A stretch of DNA of 64,000 bases from assembly GCF_018350175.1 (NCBI RefSeq), contig NC_058368.1, positions 205,532,001-205,596,000 of the forward strand. The letters run 5' to 3'. Each line of letters starts with the position of its first letter. Position 1 is the first letter of the stretch. This DNA is from Felis catus (lineage: Eukaryota). Under the pieces are notes generated by a model, which saw only the letters and a list, made by a program, of their open reading frames with translations, searched no databases and was not told the DNA's origin. Both the position numbers and the translations under genes were made by a program. Below, piece after piece: positions 1 through 13,007 of this stretch.

Positions 1-1290
1 GTGTTTAATATTGAGCAGCAAGCCCTAGTTTTATTAATAAATCACTCTACAGTTATCTTTCCCTTTTCTTCCAGTCAATTAACATTTTCCAGTGAGGCAC
101 ATAGCATTAATTTAAAAGGTTTTAAAAATTGTTTCTGTGTATTGTACATTTGTTTCTCACTTAAGAACAGAATATAGGCAACAAATCTGCAAATCAGCCA
201 TTGCTACGTATATATGTGTATATATACACACATATACACACACACGCTAATGGTAAAGGTGGCAAGAATCATTTTCAGTATGTTTTATATTGTGTTTTAA
301 ACAGCATTTCACACAACTGTTCACTGTATTTGTTTTACCTTTTTGTAAAAACCTTAAAACATCACCAAATGTCACATGTAGAACTTGAATTACTGTATTT
401 TGGGGAGTGCAATTTAATATTTGTACTTTGTTGCATTGAGGTTTATTTTTTAATGTTATATTATTAACATTTACTTTCTTTCAAATTCTCATATTAGGGA
501 ATAGGATTAAAGTAAGTAAAATATATTTAAAATATTGCTTTCAGTTTAAATCTATTTTCTAGAAAAAAGGTAGATAACCATATTCATTCTTCTTCTATTC
601 CTAATTCCTATTTTGGTACCCAGTTTGTAATAGATTTTGAGCAAATATTCATGAATTGAGGATAATACTTGAGCTAGTGTCTTTTCAGAAAAGTTCTGTA
701 AGTGTGTCATAATATAGCATGCAGCATTTCTAAGTCATCATACTGCTGTGTTCTTCGCATACTTGATACCGGAGCCAGTCTTCAACTGCACAAAGATGAG
801 TCGGCCATGAAATGAGTATCCAGCAATCATCTCTCCATTATGATAGCCAGAATACATTTCAGAACTAAAGTTGCACCATTCAAGAAACGTATGTTTGCTG
901 ATGAGATTTTTAAGAAAGCCGTACTTTGTGTCACCCTGGCCCCGTGCTTCAATCATGCCCAGAGTCTCTTCTTCAGCATAGGCCTGTTTTTCTCGGAGAA
1001 TCACTTTCCCTCTTGTGATTTATTTAAAGGTACATTTTTAGCTTCATAACTTCACTGCTTAGCAGCTTCTTGTTTTGTATGTCGAATAGGATGTTGGATT
1101 TGGGGGAGGGAGCTAGAGATGGCAGTGAGGTCTGTATCTCATCTCTGTAAAATGGCAAGCTTGTGTTGGACATTTGGATACAGAAGTAAATTTCAGTATC
1201 TTGCCTAGTCCCCTCCTTCAAGGAGCAGTGGTAAAACGTCCCCCTCAAAGGTCTGCTCCCTCCTCTGTTGTGTAGCTGAATCAGTTAGCT

Positions 1291-2144
1291 CTTTTTTAAA
1301 AAAATATAATTTATTAAATTATATTAGTCAAGTTGGCTAACATATAGTGTATACAGTGTGCTTTTGGTTTTGGAGGTAGATTCCCATGATTCATCGCTTA
1401 CATACAACACCCAGTGCTCATCCCAACAAGTGCCCTCCTCAATGCCTATCGCCCCTTTCCTCCTTTCCTCTGCCCCCATCAACTCTCAGTCTGACCTCTG
1501 TATTTAAGAGTCTCTTATGGTTTGCCTCCCTCTCTGTTTGAAACTATTTTTTCCCCTTCCCTTCCCCATGGCCTTCTGTTAAGTTTCTCAAGTTGCACAT
1601 ATGAGTAAAAACATGGTATCTGTCTTTTCTTTGACTGACTTATTTCACTTAGCATAATACCCTCCAGTTCCATCCATGTTGTTGCAAATGGCAGGATTTC
1701 ATTCTTTCTCATTGCCAAGTAGTATTCCTTTGTATATATAAACCACATCTTTTTTTTATTCTTTAAAAAAAATTTTTTTTTAATTTTTTAAATTTACATC
1801 CAAATTAGTTACCATATAGTGCAACAATGATTTCAGGAGTAGATTCCTTAGTACGCCTTACCCATTTAGCCCATCCCTCCTGCCACAACCCCTCCAGTAA
1901 CCCTCTGTATGTTCTCCATATTTAAGAGCCTCTTATGTTTTGTCCCCCTCCTGGTTTTTATATTATTTTTGCTTCCCTTCCCTTATGTTCATCTGTTCTG
2001 TATCTTTAAGTCCTCATATGAGTGAAGTCATATGATATTTGTCTTTCTCTGACTAATTTCACTTAGCATAATACCCTCTAGTTCCATCCACATAGTTGCA
2101 AATGGCAAGATTTCATTCTTTTTGATTGCCAAGTAATACTCCAT

Positions 2145-2185
<41 letters not shown>

Positions 2186-2738
2186 CACATCTTCTTTATC
2201 CATTCATCCGTCGATGGACATTTGGGCTCTTTCCATACTTTGGCTATTGTTGATAGTGCTGCTAATAAACATTGGGGTGCATGTGCCCCTTCGAAACAGC
2301 GTACCCTTGCATAAATACCTAGTAGTGCAATTACTGGGTCATAGGGTAGTTCTATTTTTAACTTTTTGAGGAACCTCCATACTGTTTTCCAGAGTGGCTG
2401 CACCAGCTTGCATTCCCACTAGCAGTGCAAAAGAGATCCTCTTTCTCCACATCCTCACCAACATCTGTTGTAGCCTAAGTTGTTAATGTTAGCCATTCTG
2501 ACAGGTGTAAGGTGGTATCTCATTGTGGTATAAACCACATCTTTATCCATTCATCAGTTGATGGACATTTAGGCTCTTTCCATGATTTAGCTATTGTTGA
2601 GAGCCCTGCTATAAACATTGGGGGTACATGTACCCCTATTCATCAGCACTCCTGTATCTTTCAGATAAATTCCCAGTAGTGCTATTTCTGGGTCATAGGG
2701 TAGTACTATTTTTAATTTTTTGAGGAACCTCCATGCTG
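1291..2738 (-). mobile_element. 5'-truncated L1 3' end (host), interrupted by a younger L1
   Basis: poly-T tail then L1 3' UTR; ORF2 C-terminal peptide MWFIYTKEYYLAMRKNEILPFATTWMELEGIMLSEISQ; resumes at 2545. Confidence 0.9.
1753..2528 (-). mobile_element. Younger felid-type L1 3' fragment nested in L1
   Basis: 16-bp TSD tataaaccacatcttt at 1737-1752 and 2529-2544; ORF2 peptide [22 protein letters not shown]. Confidence 0.92.
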
Positions 2739-2804
2739 TGAAACAGTTCTAATTCTACACTCAGTTCTATCCCCTCTATAGAATTCATTTGGTCACCACA
2801 TCAT

Positions 2805-3150
2805 TATATTAGTCACACGAGCTGCTGTAACAAATAGGGCTCCCAAATTCAGTGGCTTAGCACCCTATGCATTTATTTTTCACTTATATTGAACGGTGCA
2901 GCGTGTTTCTGGGTAAGTGGGCTCTGCTGCACGCAGTCATTGAAGGACCCTGAAGGAAGCTTAGCATCTTCCAAGGTCGCCTTGGATGCCAGTGTCCAGA
3001 TTCCAGAAGGCAAAAGGGCATGAGGGATTTCATGTGAGAAGTGTTTACGGGCCAGAGGCTAGAAACCACAGATATCGTCTCCCTCCTTCCACTGTCTAGA
3101 GCTCAGGCACATGGCCACCCCTCCCTGCAGTACAGAACCAGGAAACGCAA
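2805..3150 (-). mobile_element. Old MaLR (MLT1-like) LTR fragment
   Basis: tattagtc...gctgctgtaacaaa...cagtggcttag...tttattt motif typical of MLT1 in reverse orientation; degraded. Confidence 0.5.
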
Positions 3151-4290
3151 GTAATTGAGTCCCAAAAGAGTGGCTGCTAAGGTGGGTTGAAGGACGGTGA
3201 TGAATTTCCCACTTGCATTGGAGAGCATGTCTCATAATAACCCTGTTTCTTTCTGCCGGTATAGATAGAACGAATTGTTTTCATTTAGTAATTGACTCTG
3301 TCTCAGAAATCATCTGGGAGTTGAAATGGAAGGAAATATGTTATTTTCTTTTTCCAATACAATGAACTTACTTTAAAAAATAGGAAAGCCAAATATTTGA
3401 AGGTTTACCTGTTAACTTGCTAGAAATGCTTTCTATTAGGCGACGCTGCTGTTCTTTTTGCCATCTGGTAAGACTGCTGTTGTGAAACATCTCTTCTGTG
3501 AAATCCCCCTGAGCTGCCTGCCTCTTCCCGCCTCTGCTTCCCCAGCCAGGCACAGTTAGCACTTGTATCCTCGAGTGCTCTGCTAGGACCTGAACATGCC
3601 CATGTTAGTTTAACTCATTCGCTCCTCACTCACCCAAGCACCTATAATGAAAAAAAGGTTGAAATTCACTGTGATACAGTTATATATTAGATAGCAAGGA
3701 TGCAGGGAAGAGGAGATTAGCACTAGGTTCTTGGGGATGAGGGAACCGTGGTACTGCTTCTTGTAGAGGAAGGAAGTTTGGTCCAAGTCCCCATAATTAC
3801 TCCCAATGCTCTTCCTCCCTCAGATGATGAAATTTATGAGGAAAAAAGGCCTGTTATGATAATCTCTAACTCTGGTACCCAGAACAGTGCCAGGCTAGAC
3901 ACTCAGTAAACCGAATAGACTAGATGACAAGATAAGTCAATGAATTTGTAAATTTTATTTACTCCATAATTTTCCATGCATTGTCTCATGCACTCCTCAT
4001 AACAGCTTTATGATTGGGTGGATGGATATTCTTAGTCTTGGTTTATAGATAATGGATTCAGACACAATTCAAGAGAATTTGCCAATGTTGTACAGTGGGT
4101 TAATAGAATAGATCTTAGGTATTCTGCGCCAAATCTGGTGTATTCTTCACTCTTGGAAACAGATATTTCAGTATCAAAATAGTGCTTTGAAATTTGTAGC
4201 ATGTGCTGCTTTGAAGGTAAAACATCAGAATCTCATTGAGTGATAAAGGCTACTCCTTTACATTGAGTCCACAAGACTGTTTCTTTTTTA

Positions 4291-4630
4291 AGTTTCTTTT
4301 TTTCCAGTTTTATTGAGAAATAGTTGACATGCATCACTGTATAAGGCATATAGCACAATGATTTGATGTACATATATTGTGAAATGAGTACCACAGTACT
4401 TTCAGACTAACATCCATCATTTATAGACACAAGAAAGGAGAAAAGGAAAAAAAAAAAAAAACGTTGTGATAAGAACACTCAGGATTTACACTCTTAACTT
4501 TCCTATATATCATACAGCAGTATTAGTTATAGTCATCATGTGTACCTTACATCTCTAGTACTTATTTATCTTATAATTGGAAGTTTGCCCTTTTGACCAC
4601 CTTCCTTCCGTTCCCCCTTCACCCACACCC
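4291..4630 (-). mobile_element. Older L1 3' UTR fragment
   Basis: T-rich tail, 'ttattgagaaatagttgacat...cttatttatcttataattggaagtttgccc'. Confidence 0.7.
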
Positions 4631-4760
4631 ATTTATTAATTTTTTTAAATTTACATCCAAGTTAGTTACCATATAGTACAGTAACAATTTCAGGAGTAGA
4701 TTCCAATGATTCATCCCCTATGTATAACACCCAGTGCTCATCCCAACAAGTGCCCTCCTT

Positions 4761-4996
4761 TTTAAAAAAAAAAACTTTTTTTTTCTTAACGTTTATTTAT
4801 TATTGAGAGACACAGAGAGAGATAGAGCATGAGCATGGGAGGGGCAGAGAAAGGAGGAGACACAGAATCTGAAGCAGGCTCCAGGCTCTGAGCTGTCAGC
4901 ACAGAGCCTCATGCGGGGCTTGAACTCACAAACCGCGAGATCATGACCTGAGCTGAAGTCGGACGCTCAACCGACTGAGCCACCCAGGCGGCGCCC
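4761..4996 (-). mobile_element. Can-SINE (SINEC_Fc-like) inside L1
   Basis: 19-bp TSD cccaacaagtgccctcctt at 4742-4760 and 4997-5015. Confidence 0.93.
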
Positions 4997-5303
4997 CCCA
5001 ACAAGTGCCCTCCTTAGTTCTCCTTACCCATTTAGCCCATTCCCTCACCCACAACCCCTCCATTAACCCTCAGTTTGTTGTCTATATTTAAGAGTCTCTT
5101 ATGTTTTGTCCTCCTCCTTGTTTTTATATTATTTTTGCTTCCCTTCTCTTATGTTCATCTGTTTGTATCTTAAATTCCACACATGAGTGAAGTCATATAT
5201 TTGTCTTTCTCTAATTTTGCTTAGCATAAATACCCTCTAGTTCCATCCTTGTTGTTGCAAATGGCAAGATTTCATTCTTTTTGATTGCCGAGTAATACTC
5301 CAT

Positions 5304-5358
<55 letters not shown>

Positions 5359-5986
5359 ACACACACACACATACATACGCCATGTCTTCTTTATCCATTC
5401 ATCTGTTGATGGACATTTGGGCCCTTTCCATACTTTGGCTATTGTCGATAGCACTGCTATAAACATTAGGGTGCATGTGTCCCTTCAAAACAGCACACCT
5501 GTATCCCTTGAATAAATACCTAGTAGTGCAATTGCTGGGTCATAGGGTAGTTCTATTTTTAACTTTTTGAGGGACCTCCATACTGTTTTCCAGAGTGGCT
5601 GCAGCAGTTTGCATTCCCATGAGCAATGCAGAAGAGATCCTCTTTCTCTACATCCTCACCAACATCTGTTGTTGTTGCCTGAATTGTTAATTTTAGCCAT
5701 TCTGACAGGTGTGAGATGGTATCTCATTGTGGTTTTGCTTTGTATTTCCTGATGATGAATGATGTTGAGCATTTTTTCATGTGTCTGTTCACCATCTGGA
5801 TGTCTTCTTTGGAGAAGCGTCTATTCATGTCTTTTGCCCATTTCTTCACTGGATTATTTGATAAGTTCTTTATAGATTTTGGATACTAACCCTTTATCTG
5901 ATGTCATTTGCAAATATCTTCTCCCATTCTGTTGGTGGCTTTTTAGTTTTGCTGATTGTTTCCTTTACTGGGCAGAAGTTTTTTAT

Positions 5987-6174
5987 CTTTTTTTTAATTT
6001 TTTTTTTTAACATTTATTTATTTTTGAGAGACAGAGCATGAGCGGGGGAAGGGCAGAGAGAGAGGGAGACACAGAATCCAAAGCAGGCTCCAGGCTCTGA
6101 GCTGTCAGCACAGAGCCTGATGCAGGGCTCGAACTCACAAACCGTGAGATCATGACCTGACCCGAAGTTGGACA
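5987..6174 (-). mobile_element. 5'-truncated Can-SINE inside L1
   Basis: lacks the SINE head; TSD gcagaag(t/c)tttttat at ~5972 and ~6175. Confidence 0.85.
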
Positions 6175-6460
6175 GCAGAAGCTTTTTATATTGATGAGAT
6201 CCCAAGAAATGTTCTTTTTAAGACAAAGAGACGGTTCTTCTACCATGTTCTATAGCTCTTTATATCCCTGCCAGCACAGTGTTTTGTACTCAGTAGGTGC
6301 TCTATAAATATTTCTTAAATAATTGACAATGATTAAAAATGTCTAAATCAGATTCACCTGAATTGGACAAACTTTTTGTAACAGACTGGCATAAGCTTTT
6401 ACCTATAATCATTGTGCCACAGGTGAGAAATTTTGCCTCTGGTATATTCTAATTCAAGGA

Positions 6461-6494
<34 letters not shown>

Positions 6495-7994
6495 CAAGAA
6501 GTTTTTAACATGCTAGCTTGGTTTCTGGTTTTCTTTGCCTTCTTCATCCTACTAACACTTATACCCTTACAGTCTTCCTAAGGACACTATCTGGAAGCTG
6601 AGACTTGCTGGATGTTCTTATCACAACAGATTAATACATTCTGTAATGGACTTGCTTTAGTGTCTTTTGATGCTCTAAAAATCTCAAGCTTCCTTAGTGT
6701 TGGAGTTAATGATAGACATTCATTGCTTCTGTCTCCAAATTACTCATACTTCATCCCATAATAGTAGAGAAAATATATTCCTCTACAGAAATGTTATTCA
6801 TATTTCATCCCATAAGGTATTGGTGTTCTCTACAGAAATATTATGAAAATAATATACCTAATTTATTAAAACTGCAGCTAACTAAGGATGATGGCATGGC
6901 TCACTGAAGTATAATATTACACATTTCCACATAGATATTGTTTCACTTCAAACTTACATGTCTGAAGACGGACTGACTTTGTACCTTCTGCGTCTTTCCT
7001 GCTCTCCATCTCCGCTCCCTGCTGCCACCCTCCAGCCATTGCCAGCTGCTACCCATCTCATTTAGTGGCAGGCTCCAAATCACGAAGACATCCTGACCAC
7101 TTGATCCTTTCCTTTACATAATGCACATCAAATTCATGTTCGTGCAGTGTTGCACTGACCTCTAAAATGTTCTTGATATCAGAGGATTTGAGCCCTCTAT
7201 GTTTTAAAGCCAGGTATGAGTACATTGCCTAATCTCCTTGTAGCTATGAAATTTTGGGGAAGGAGCTAAGAGTTTACCGTCAAATCAGCAAGAGGACTCG
7301 GATTAAAAATAAAATTTTAAGGAGGTTTTGATGTTAGATGACATTTCTCTTCCATGTACTTGAGGAGGAATTTATTTCATCATCTCTGGAAACACCTGCT
7401 TTTTCCCAAACTCTGTAACCAGGAGACAGAACAGACAGTGGGAAATATTCAGAGTGTATGGCGTGCAAAAGGTGGCTGGTAAATGTTTAATGAATGAGGA
7501 GATGGACAGGTGAACAAAAATAGAATGGGAACGGCGAGAGGCCCTGAACTCTGCTTCTGTTTTGTTTTTGCTTGACAGCAATATATTTTTTGTTTTGTTT
7601 GGCTTATTTTTCTAAGAGTGAGATAAATGCCAAGTTTAGAAAGACAGACCCACCTTTTCATATTAATCATTACTAGGGAAACACCACGAGTGTCTTAACC
7701 TACTACGTAATGGCATTTTAATCTGCAGGAAATCCAAGAGAGTGCTTTAGAAAGTGTTTGTAATTGAAGACTCAGTGGTGCCGATTTTGTGTTTAAAAAG
7801 AAAGTGGATGTCAGGGGTATGTGGATTTCAGTCTGCTATTACTATAATCATAATAAAGTGCCAGAATTCTGAAAAGGTTCTTAATATTTTTCTCATCCAC
7901 TGATTGTCTTATTGCTAATATATCATCAACAAAATAATGTTAGCCACAATGTAATAAAACTGACATCATAATATTTGTCCGGAAGTTATCTTTC

Positions 7995-8220
7995 TTTTTT
8001 TTTTAAATTTTTTTTCAACGTTTTTTATTTATTTTTGGGACAGAGAGAGACAGAGCATGAACGGGGGAGGGGCAGAGAGAGAGGGAGACACAGAATCGGA
8101 AACAGGCTCCAGGCTCTGAGCCATCAGCCCAGAGCCCGACGCGGGGCTTGAACTCACAGACCGCGAGATCGTGACCTGGCTGAAGTCGGACGCTTAACCG
8201 ACTGCGCCACCCAGGCACCC
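7995..8220 (-). mobile_element. Young felid Can-SINE
   Basis: 16-bp perfect TSD ccggaagttatctttc at 7979-7994 and 8221-8236; CpGs retained. Confidence 0.95.
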
Positions 8221-8420
8221 CCGGAAGTTATCTTTCAATCACAGAATAATACAGTAACAGAATATTAATATTGTAAAGCTTCTAGTACTAAGCAGTAAAG
8301 ATCAGTGAGGTTTTCTCGCTCATTTATTCCAGTGACTTATTCTTACCAGTTAATTTTATTCTGCCACATACTAAAGGATTGAAAGAGAATTACATCTTAT
8401 TTCCCACTTCTGTTTTGTAG

Positions 8421-8630
<210 letters not shown>

Positions 8631-9164
8631 TAGAGAGAAAGGCTGCAAATAAAAGTAGTTACTTATTGTCATTCAGCTAGACAGTTCTTTAACTTTGAGT
8701 GAAACAAACGGGGGGGGGTCTTTATTTACTTTGCTTACACAATAAAAGTTAAAGCCATAAAGTCTTCAAACTCAGTGAAAATATGTCAGGGCACATGTTT
8801 TGATTTAGGTTTAAAGATGATTATAATGGTTGCTCTGTGCTTGCAAAATGAAAAATACAACAGAATGTGGCCTTTTAACAACAGTTATTTTCAAATGCAT
8901 GGTGTGGTCTCTTACCAAAGCTGTGAGATGCCATTTTGGGAAGGGTTAGAAAGTGGTGGACTTGGTGATAAAGAGCATCCTTATTCTGTAAAGTATGATA
9001 CCTTTATTTTGATGTATCATTGAATATTTGCTGAGTGCTGATTATAATGTTAGGTACTTCTATAATTTGGCAATGACCAAAACTACTCAAAGATCATTGA
9101 CCTCGTGGAGCTTACATTTGGTGGTGGTGGTCGTGGTGATGATGATGATATATCATCATCCTAC

Positions 9165-9385
9165 AATAATGATAACTACCATTTATCGAGCTTCCTGTAT
9201 TCCGGCAGTATATTAAGCCCTCTCTGTGTATTTGCATGTATAAGCTTAATGAACTTAATCCAGGTATTTTCTTATGGTTTCAAAAACAGCTTCAGAGAGG
9301 TTAAGTAACTTGCCTGAGGTCACTAAACTAGTGGCACTGAGATTAGAACTGGGTATCTATGATTCCAAAGCCTAGTGTTCTAACT
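9165..9385 (-). mobile_element. MIR
   Basis: MIR core in reverse: cagagaggttaagtaacttgcctgaggtcac. Confidence 0.75.
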
Positions 9386-9576
9386 ATAGAGCAATCAGTA
9401 CAACTTTGTTCCTTGTTCCCAGCTCAGTGTCTTTAAACTAACTGAGCTTAATTGCTTTCCTAAGCTGAGTCTGTGGGTTTCTGATGATTTGCAAAATTGA
9501 TCCTGGGTGGTACTCCCTTCATTATCTATGCCCTTTGTTCATTCTCCTTTTTTTTTTTTTTAAATAATTCTTAGGG

Positions 9577-9793
9577 TTTTTTTTTTTAATGTTTATTTAT
9601 TTACTTAGAGAGGGAGAGCATGTGAGTGAGCAGGAGAGGGGCAGAAGAGATAGAGGGAGAGAGAGAATCCCAAGTGGTCTGCACTGTTTGCATGGAGCCC
9701 AGCGCAGGACTTGAACTCACGAACCATGAGATCATGGCCTGAGCTGAAATCAAGAGTCAGATGTTTAACTGACGGAGCCACCCAAGTGGCCCT
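9577..9793 (-). mobile_element. Can-SINE (older subfamily)
   Basis: gagagaatcccaag...gaaatcaagagtcag...gagccaccca; TSD attcttagg. Confidence 0.88.
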
Positions 9794-10899
9794 GATTCTT
9801 AGGTTTAAAACAAAATCTACCTGTTCTCACCTTGAGACCTGTTAATTTGAATGGAAGTGTTAGTTCATCTGCCCTGTTTTAATTTAGAGATGCAGCATCA
9901 GCATCTTGGGAGAGCACGGAGCTTGCTTCCCATGAAGGAGTTCTGTTACAGAGTGATGTGTGCCATGAAATTGTTCTGTTGTGAAAAGTGTAATAAATAT
10001 GAAAATATCCTAAATTGGTTTGTAAACAGTGGAAACTAGGCAGTAGAGCGTAAATACGGAACAATAGAAATGAAACCCACACAGGTGACTTCTGAGAGAT
10101 GCCTTGTGAAAGCATCCAAAATACTTCGTTTCAGAGGCAAAAGGATGCCAAGCATGCAAATCAAATCCACATCTTTTCTGGAACATAATGTCTATTTGGA
10201 TAAATAGACATTTCTGACTTCCCTTTTGTTATTACTTTAATGTTGGTGCACAGATGCTGAAGTCCGACTCATTTTAGATTTTTTTCATGCATTTGTTTTC
10301 AAAGTGTTAGGCCTGTATTTAACAAACTCTTTTTCTCTCTCTTTTTGTTTTTCCAAAGTCTTTTGTCTCAGCCAAAATTTCTGAAAGAGGAAAAGAGATC
10401 ATCCTTTAAACTTTTCATTAGAAATCCCTAACTAAAGCTTTTTATAGAAGCAGACATTTTTCCTGTTTTCTTCTTTCTAGGCAAAGTTTTCTTGGTGTCT
10501 GACTACCTTTGTTCTTAGGCTTCTCTTCATCTCTTGACGTGGCCTTCTTCTGCCCTCTAAGAATGGCAAGAAAATGAAGGAAAGTAGTAGCAGTATGAGT
10601 CCTTATTAGCTACAAGGCCCTGTGCTTGGCATTGTACATACTTCATGTCGCTAGCTTCTCAGGGACCCTTTTCAGTAAGACTGGGATGTGGGCAGGTTAA
10701 GAAACTTGTCCAGGTGTATGATAGAGTTCGGAGTCTCACTCAGTTCATGTGTTCATCACACCACACCACACCGCATCCTCACCAGAGCCATCTCCGCACC
10801 AGGATTTAAAACCAGCCCTTTTCTGAAAGCTTCAGGTTGCACAAGGATCACTCTCCCTTTTTAAATTTTCCCTAAGGCTCTCCTTGCTTTGGTGAGTCA

Positions 10900-11170
10900 A
10901 AGCAGAATACTTGTTATTCTTTATGCCTGGAATGCTCTTCCACTGATACCTGCATGGCTTGCTCCCTCAGTTCACGCACGTCTCTGCTCAATATCACAGA
11001 AGCATTTCCCTGACTGTTCTATAAAACAGAAGTCCCCCCTCTCCTGACCTTCATCCCCCTTTTCATTGGAATGTAAGTTCCATGAGGGCAGGGACTCCAT
11101 CAATTATAACAGGTGAAGAGAATCATGTCTGATGCCCATTAGGACTCAATAAATACTTGTTGAATTTATT
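10900..11170 (+). mobile_element. L2 3' end
   Basis: gcctggaatgctcttcc...gaatgtaagttccatgagggcaggga...ctcaataaatacttgttgaat. Confidence 0.7.
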
Positions 11171-12952
11171 AATTCTTCAAATAATAATACTTTGAACATG
11201 TAGAGCACCTTTAAGTTTTTCAAAGCAGTTGCAAGATTACTGCCTCCACATTTTATCATTATGATACTCTTGTGAGGTAGGTCTCATTGTTGTTTCCCTT
11301 GCAAAGAAAAACAAACAATTTCCTAGAGGTTAAATATTTTGATAGAAGTCAAGTTGAAAATTTGGAGCAAAAGCAAGCCAAGAACCCATGCATGTATCCT
11401 GCCTTTGGGCCTCCGTTTTTGTTTTTTTCAGGTTTTTTTTTTTTAATAACCTTTTTTGTCTGGCAGGTACCATCACCACTAACAACATAAAAGAAAGTAC
11501 TTTGTTCTCAATATTGTGTACTGGATACATTTCCTAAGGGTATAACTTTCAAAGCACAAAAGCAGGGAAATTCGGTCATAGTTGTCATTTATTGGAAACA
11601 AGCAAATCTTGGGTACCTATTTTAGAGAACATAAACGAAAGCTCTATTTCTAAAAGAGGTTTAGATTTTATTTTTATTACAGTAGGAGGTCTGGATTCTG
11701 AAGGGATAAAGGGAATCGTCGTTGTTATGACATTGGGAATAAATCTTTGTGAATATCTTTCGATAACGTCTAATCTATATCTGATAGCAAAGGTATCATA
11801 TAGAAATCTTGAATGTAGTTTTACATTGTCTTTATTTTTTGTGGGGAGGAATTATAAAAAGTAAATGAGATTTCTTAGTCCTATTTATTTTATACCCAAT
11901 GTGTTACCAAAAGCCAACAAATGTGAAAGATTTTTTTAAACAAAAAATTCTTCCCTGGGAAACATTCTTAGAATACTTTTCAACAGCATTGAAAAGTATC
12001 CCAAGGTAAATAAAGTATTTCTTTGTTGGGATAATTTATAATTAACACAGTTTCAGCTAGTGTAATATTTTTTCATTTATAAAAGCTTGTCAATATTTTA
12101 TAACTTGCTAATGAGACTATTTTGTGGCTAGGATCTGTTTAGAAAAAAAATTTACCTTAAAAAAATAGAAATGCTTACATGGTTTTGCCTTTTTATTTCT
12201 TCATTAATGATAGAAATGCCTGCCAAAAAAAACGTTATAATGGGGGGAAAAAAAGCAGAACACAGTCCAACTAAAGCTCTTTAAAATGTCTTATAGAATT
12301 TAATTAAGCTAATAACTTTAAATTCTGAGACTTTGTCCGTGGCTCTTCAAAGGAAAACTGATTCACAGAGAAGCTTTCTGAGGTACCACAACAATTCATG
12401 AATGGAAAGAGAAAATCATTCCTGTTCATACCTGGGCTGTGCCATCCTTAGGCTGGAGATCATAGGATGCAGTCTTTGGAGAGAAAATAAAAGGCCATGA
12501 TAAAGATTTTTATATTATATTTCAGAAAAATGGCCTTGTATTCTAAGATCTCAAAGCCCCGAAGGCTGTTTTCGGAAAAAATGCCTTGCTATATGTATCA
12601 TCTCATTTGGTTAGTCTTCCCCTTGAGAATGTGCCTGTAGCCACAAACAGTTATTACATCCACATAGAAACACCATTTGTAATAGCAACTGTTCTCAGAG
12701 CTAGCTGAGTCTTTCTGTTCGAGTCCTTTGTGGATTGTTGGAATCCCTAGCAAATAGGTGCTGTGTAAAGGCCAAAATATCCCATGATTATGAATTCAGT
12801 GTGAGTAATATCATCTTGTCCTTTTACCCTTCATACCTTGATTGTCTTTCATTAGCCAGTCCCATTTTTCTTTTCTGTGTACCTCACCAGTCATAATGGT
12901 GATTGCACAGTCATGTGTTTTGTGATACAGCATTCCTGAATAGTTTGTATTT

Positions 12953-12963
12953 GTGGTGTGTGT

Positions 12964-13003
<40 letters not shown>
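12953..13003. repeat. (GT)n microsatellite
   Basis: direct reading. Confidence 0.95.

Positions 13004-13007
<4 letters not shown>

Larger units (their letters stand above)
4631..6205 (-). mobile_element. Felid-type L1 3' fragment containing two SINE insertions and a (GT)n(AC)n microsatellite
   Basis: atttacatccaagttag 3' end; ORF2 peptides (VWKGPKCPSTDEWIKK). Confidence 0.9.

Noticed and set aside
738..1049. Overlapping 88-aa (minus) and 69-aa (plus) ORFs in a slightly CpG-richer intronic patch
   Set aside because: No recognisable protein family, convincing splice sites, poly(A) or TSD; a conservation check would be needed to revive it.
4270..6222. Possible degraded TSD around the composite L1 block (caagactgtttcttttt vs caagaaatgttcttttt)
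   Set aside because: The similarity is too weak in T-rich context to support a claim.
6741..6845. Imperfect ~54-bp tandem duplication (ttcatcccataa...ctctacagaaat)
   Set aside because: Real but degraded and ordinary; no functional signal.
8015..8218. Similar short ORFs recurring across the window (e.g. 6007, 19225, 32241, 56001)
   Set aside because: They are translations of Can-SINE sequence, not a gene family.
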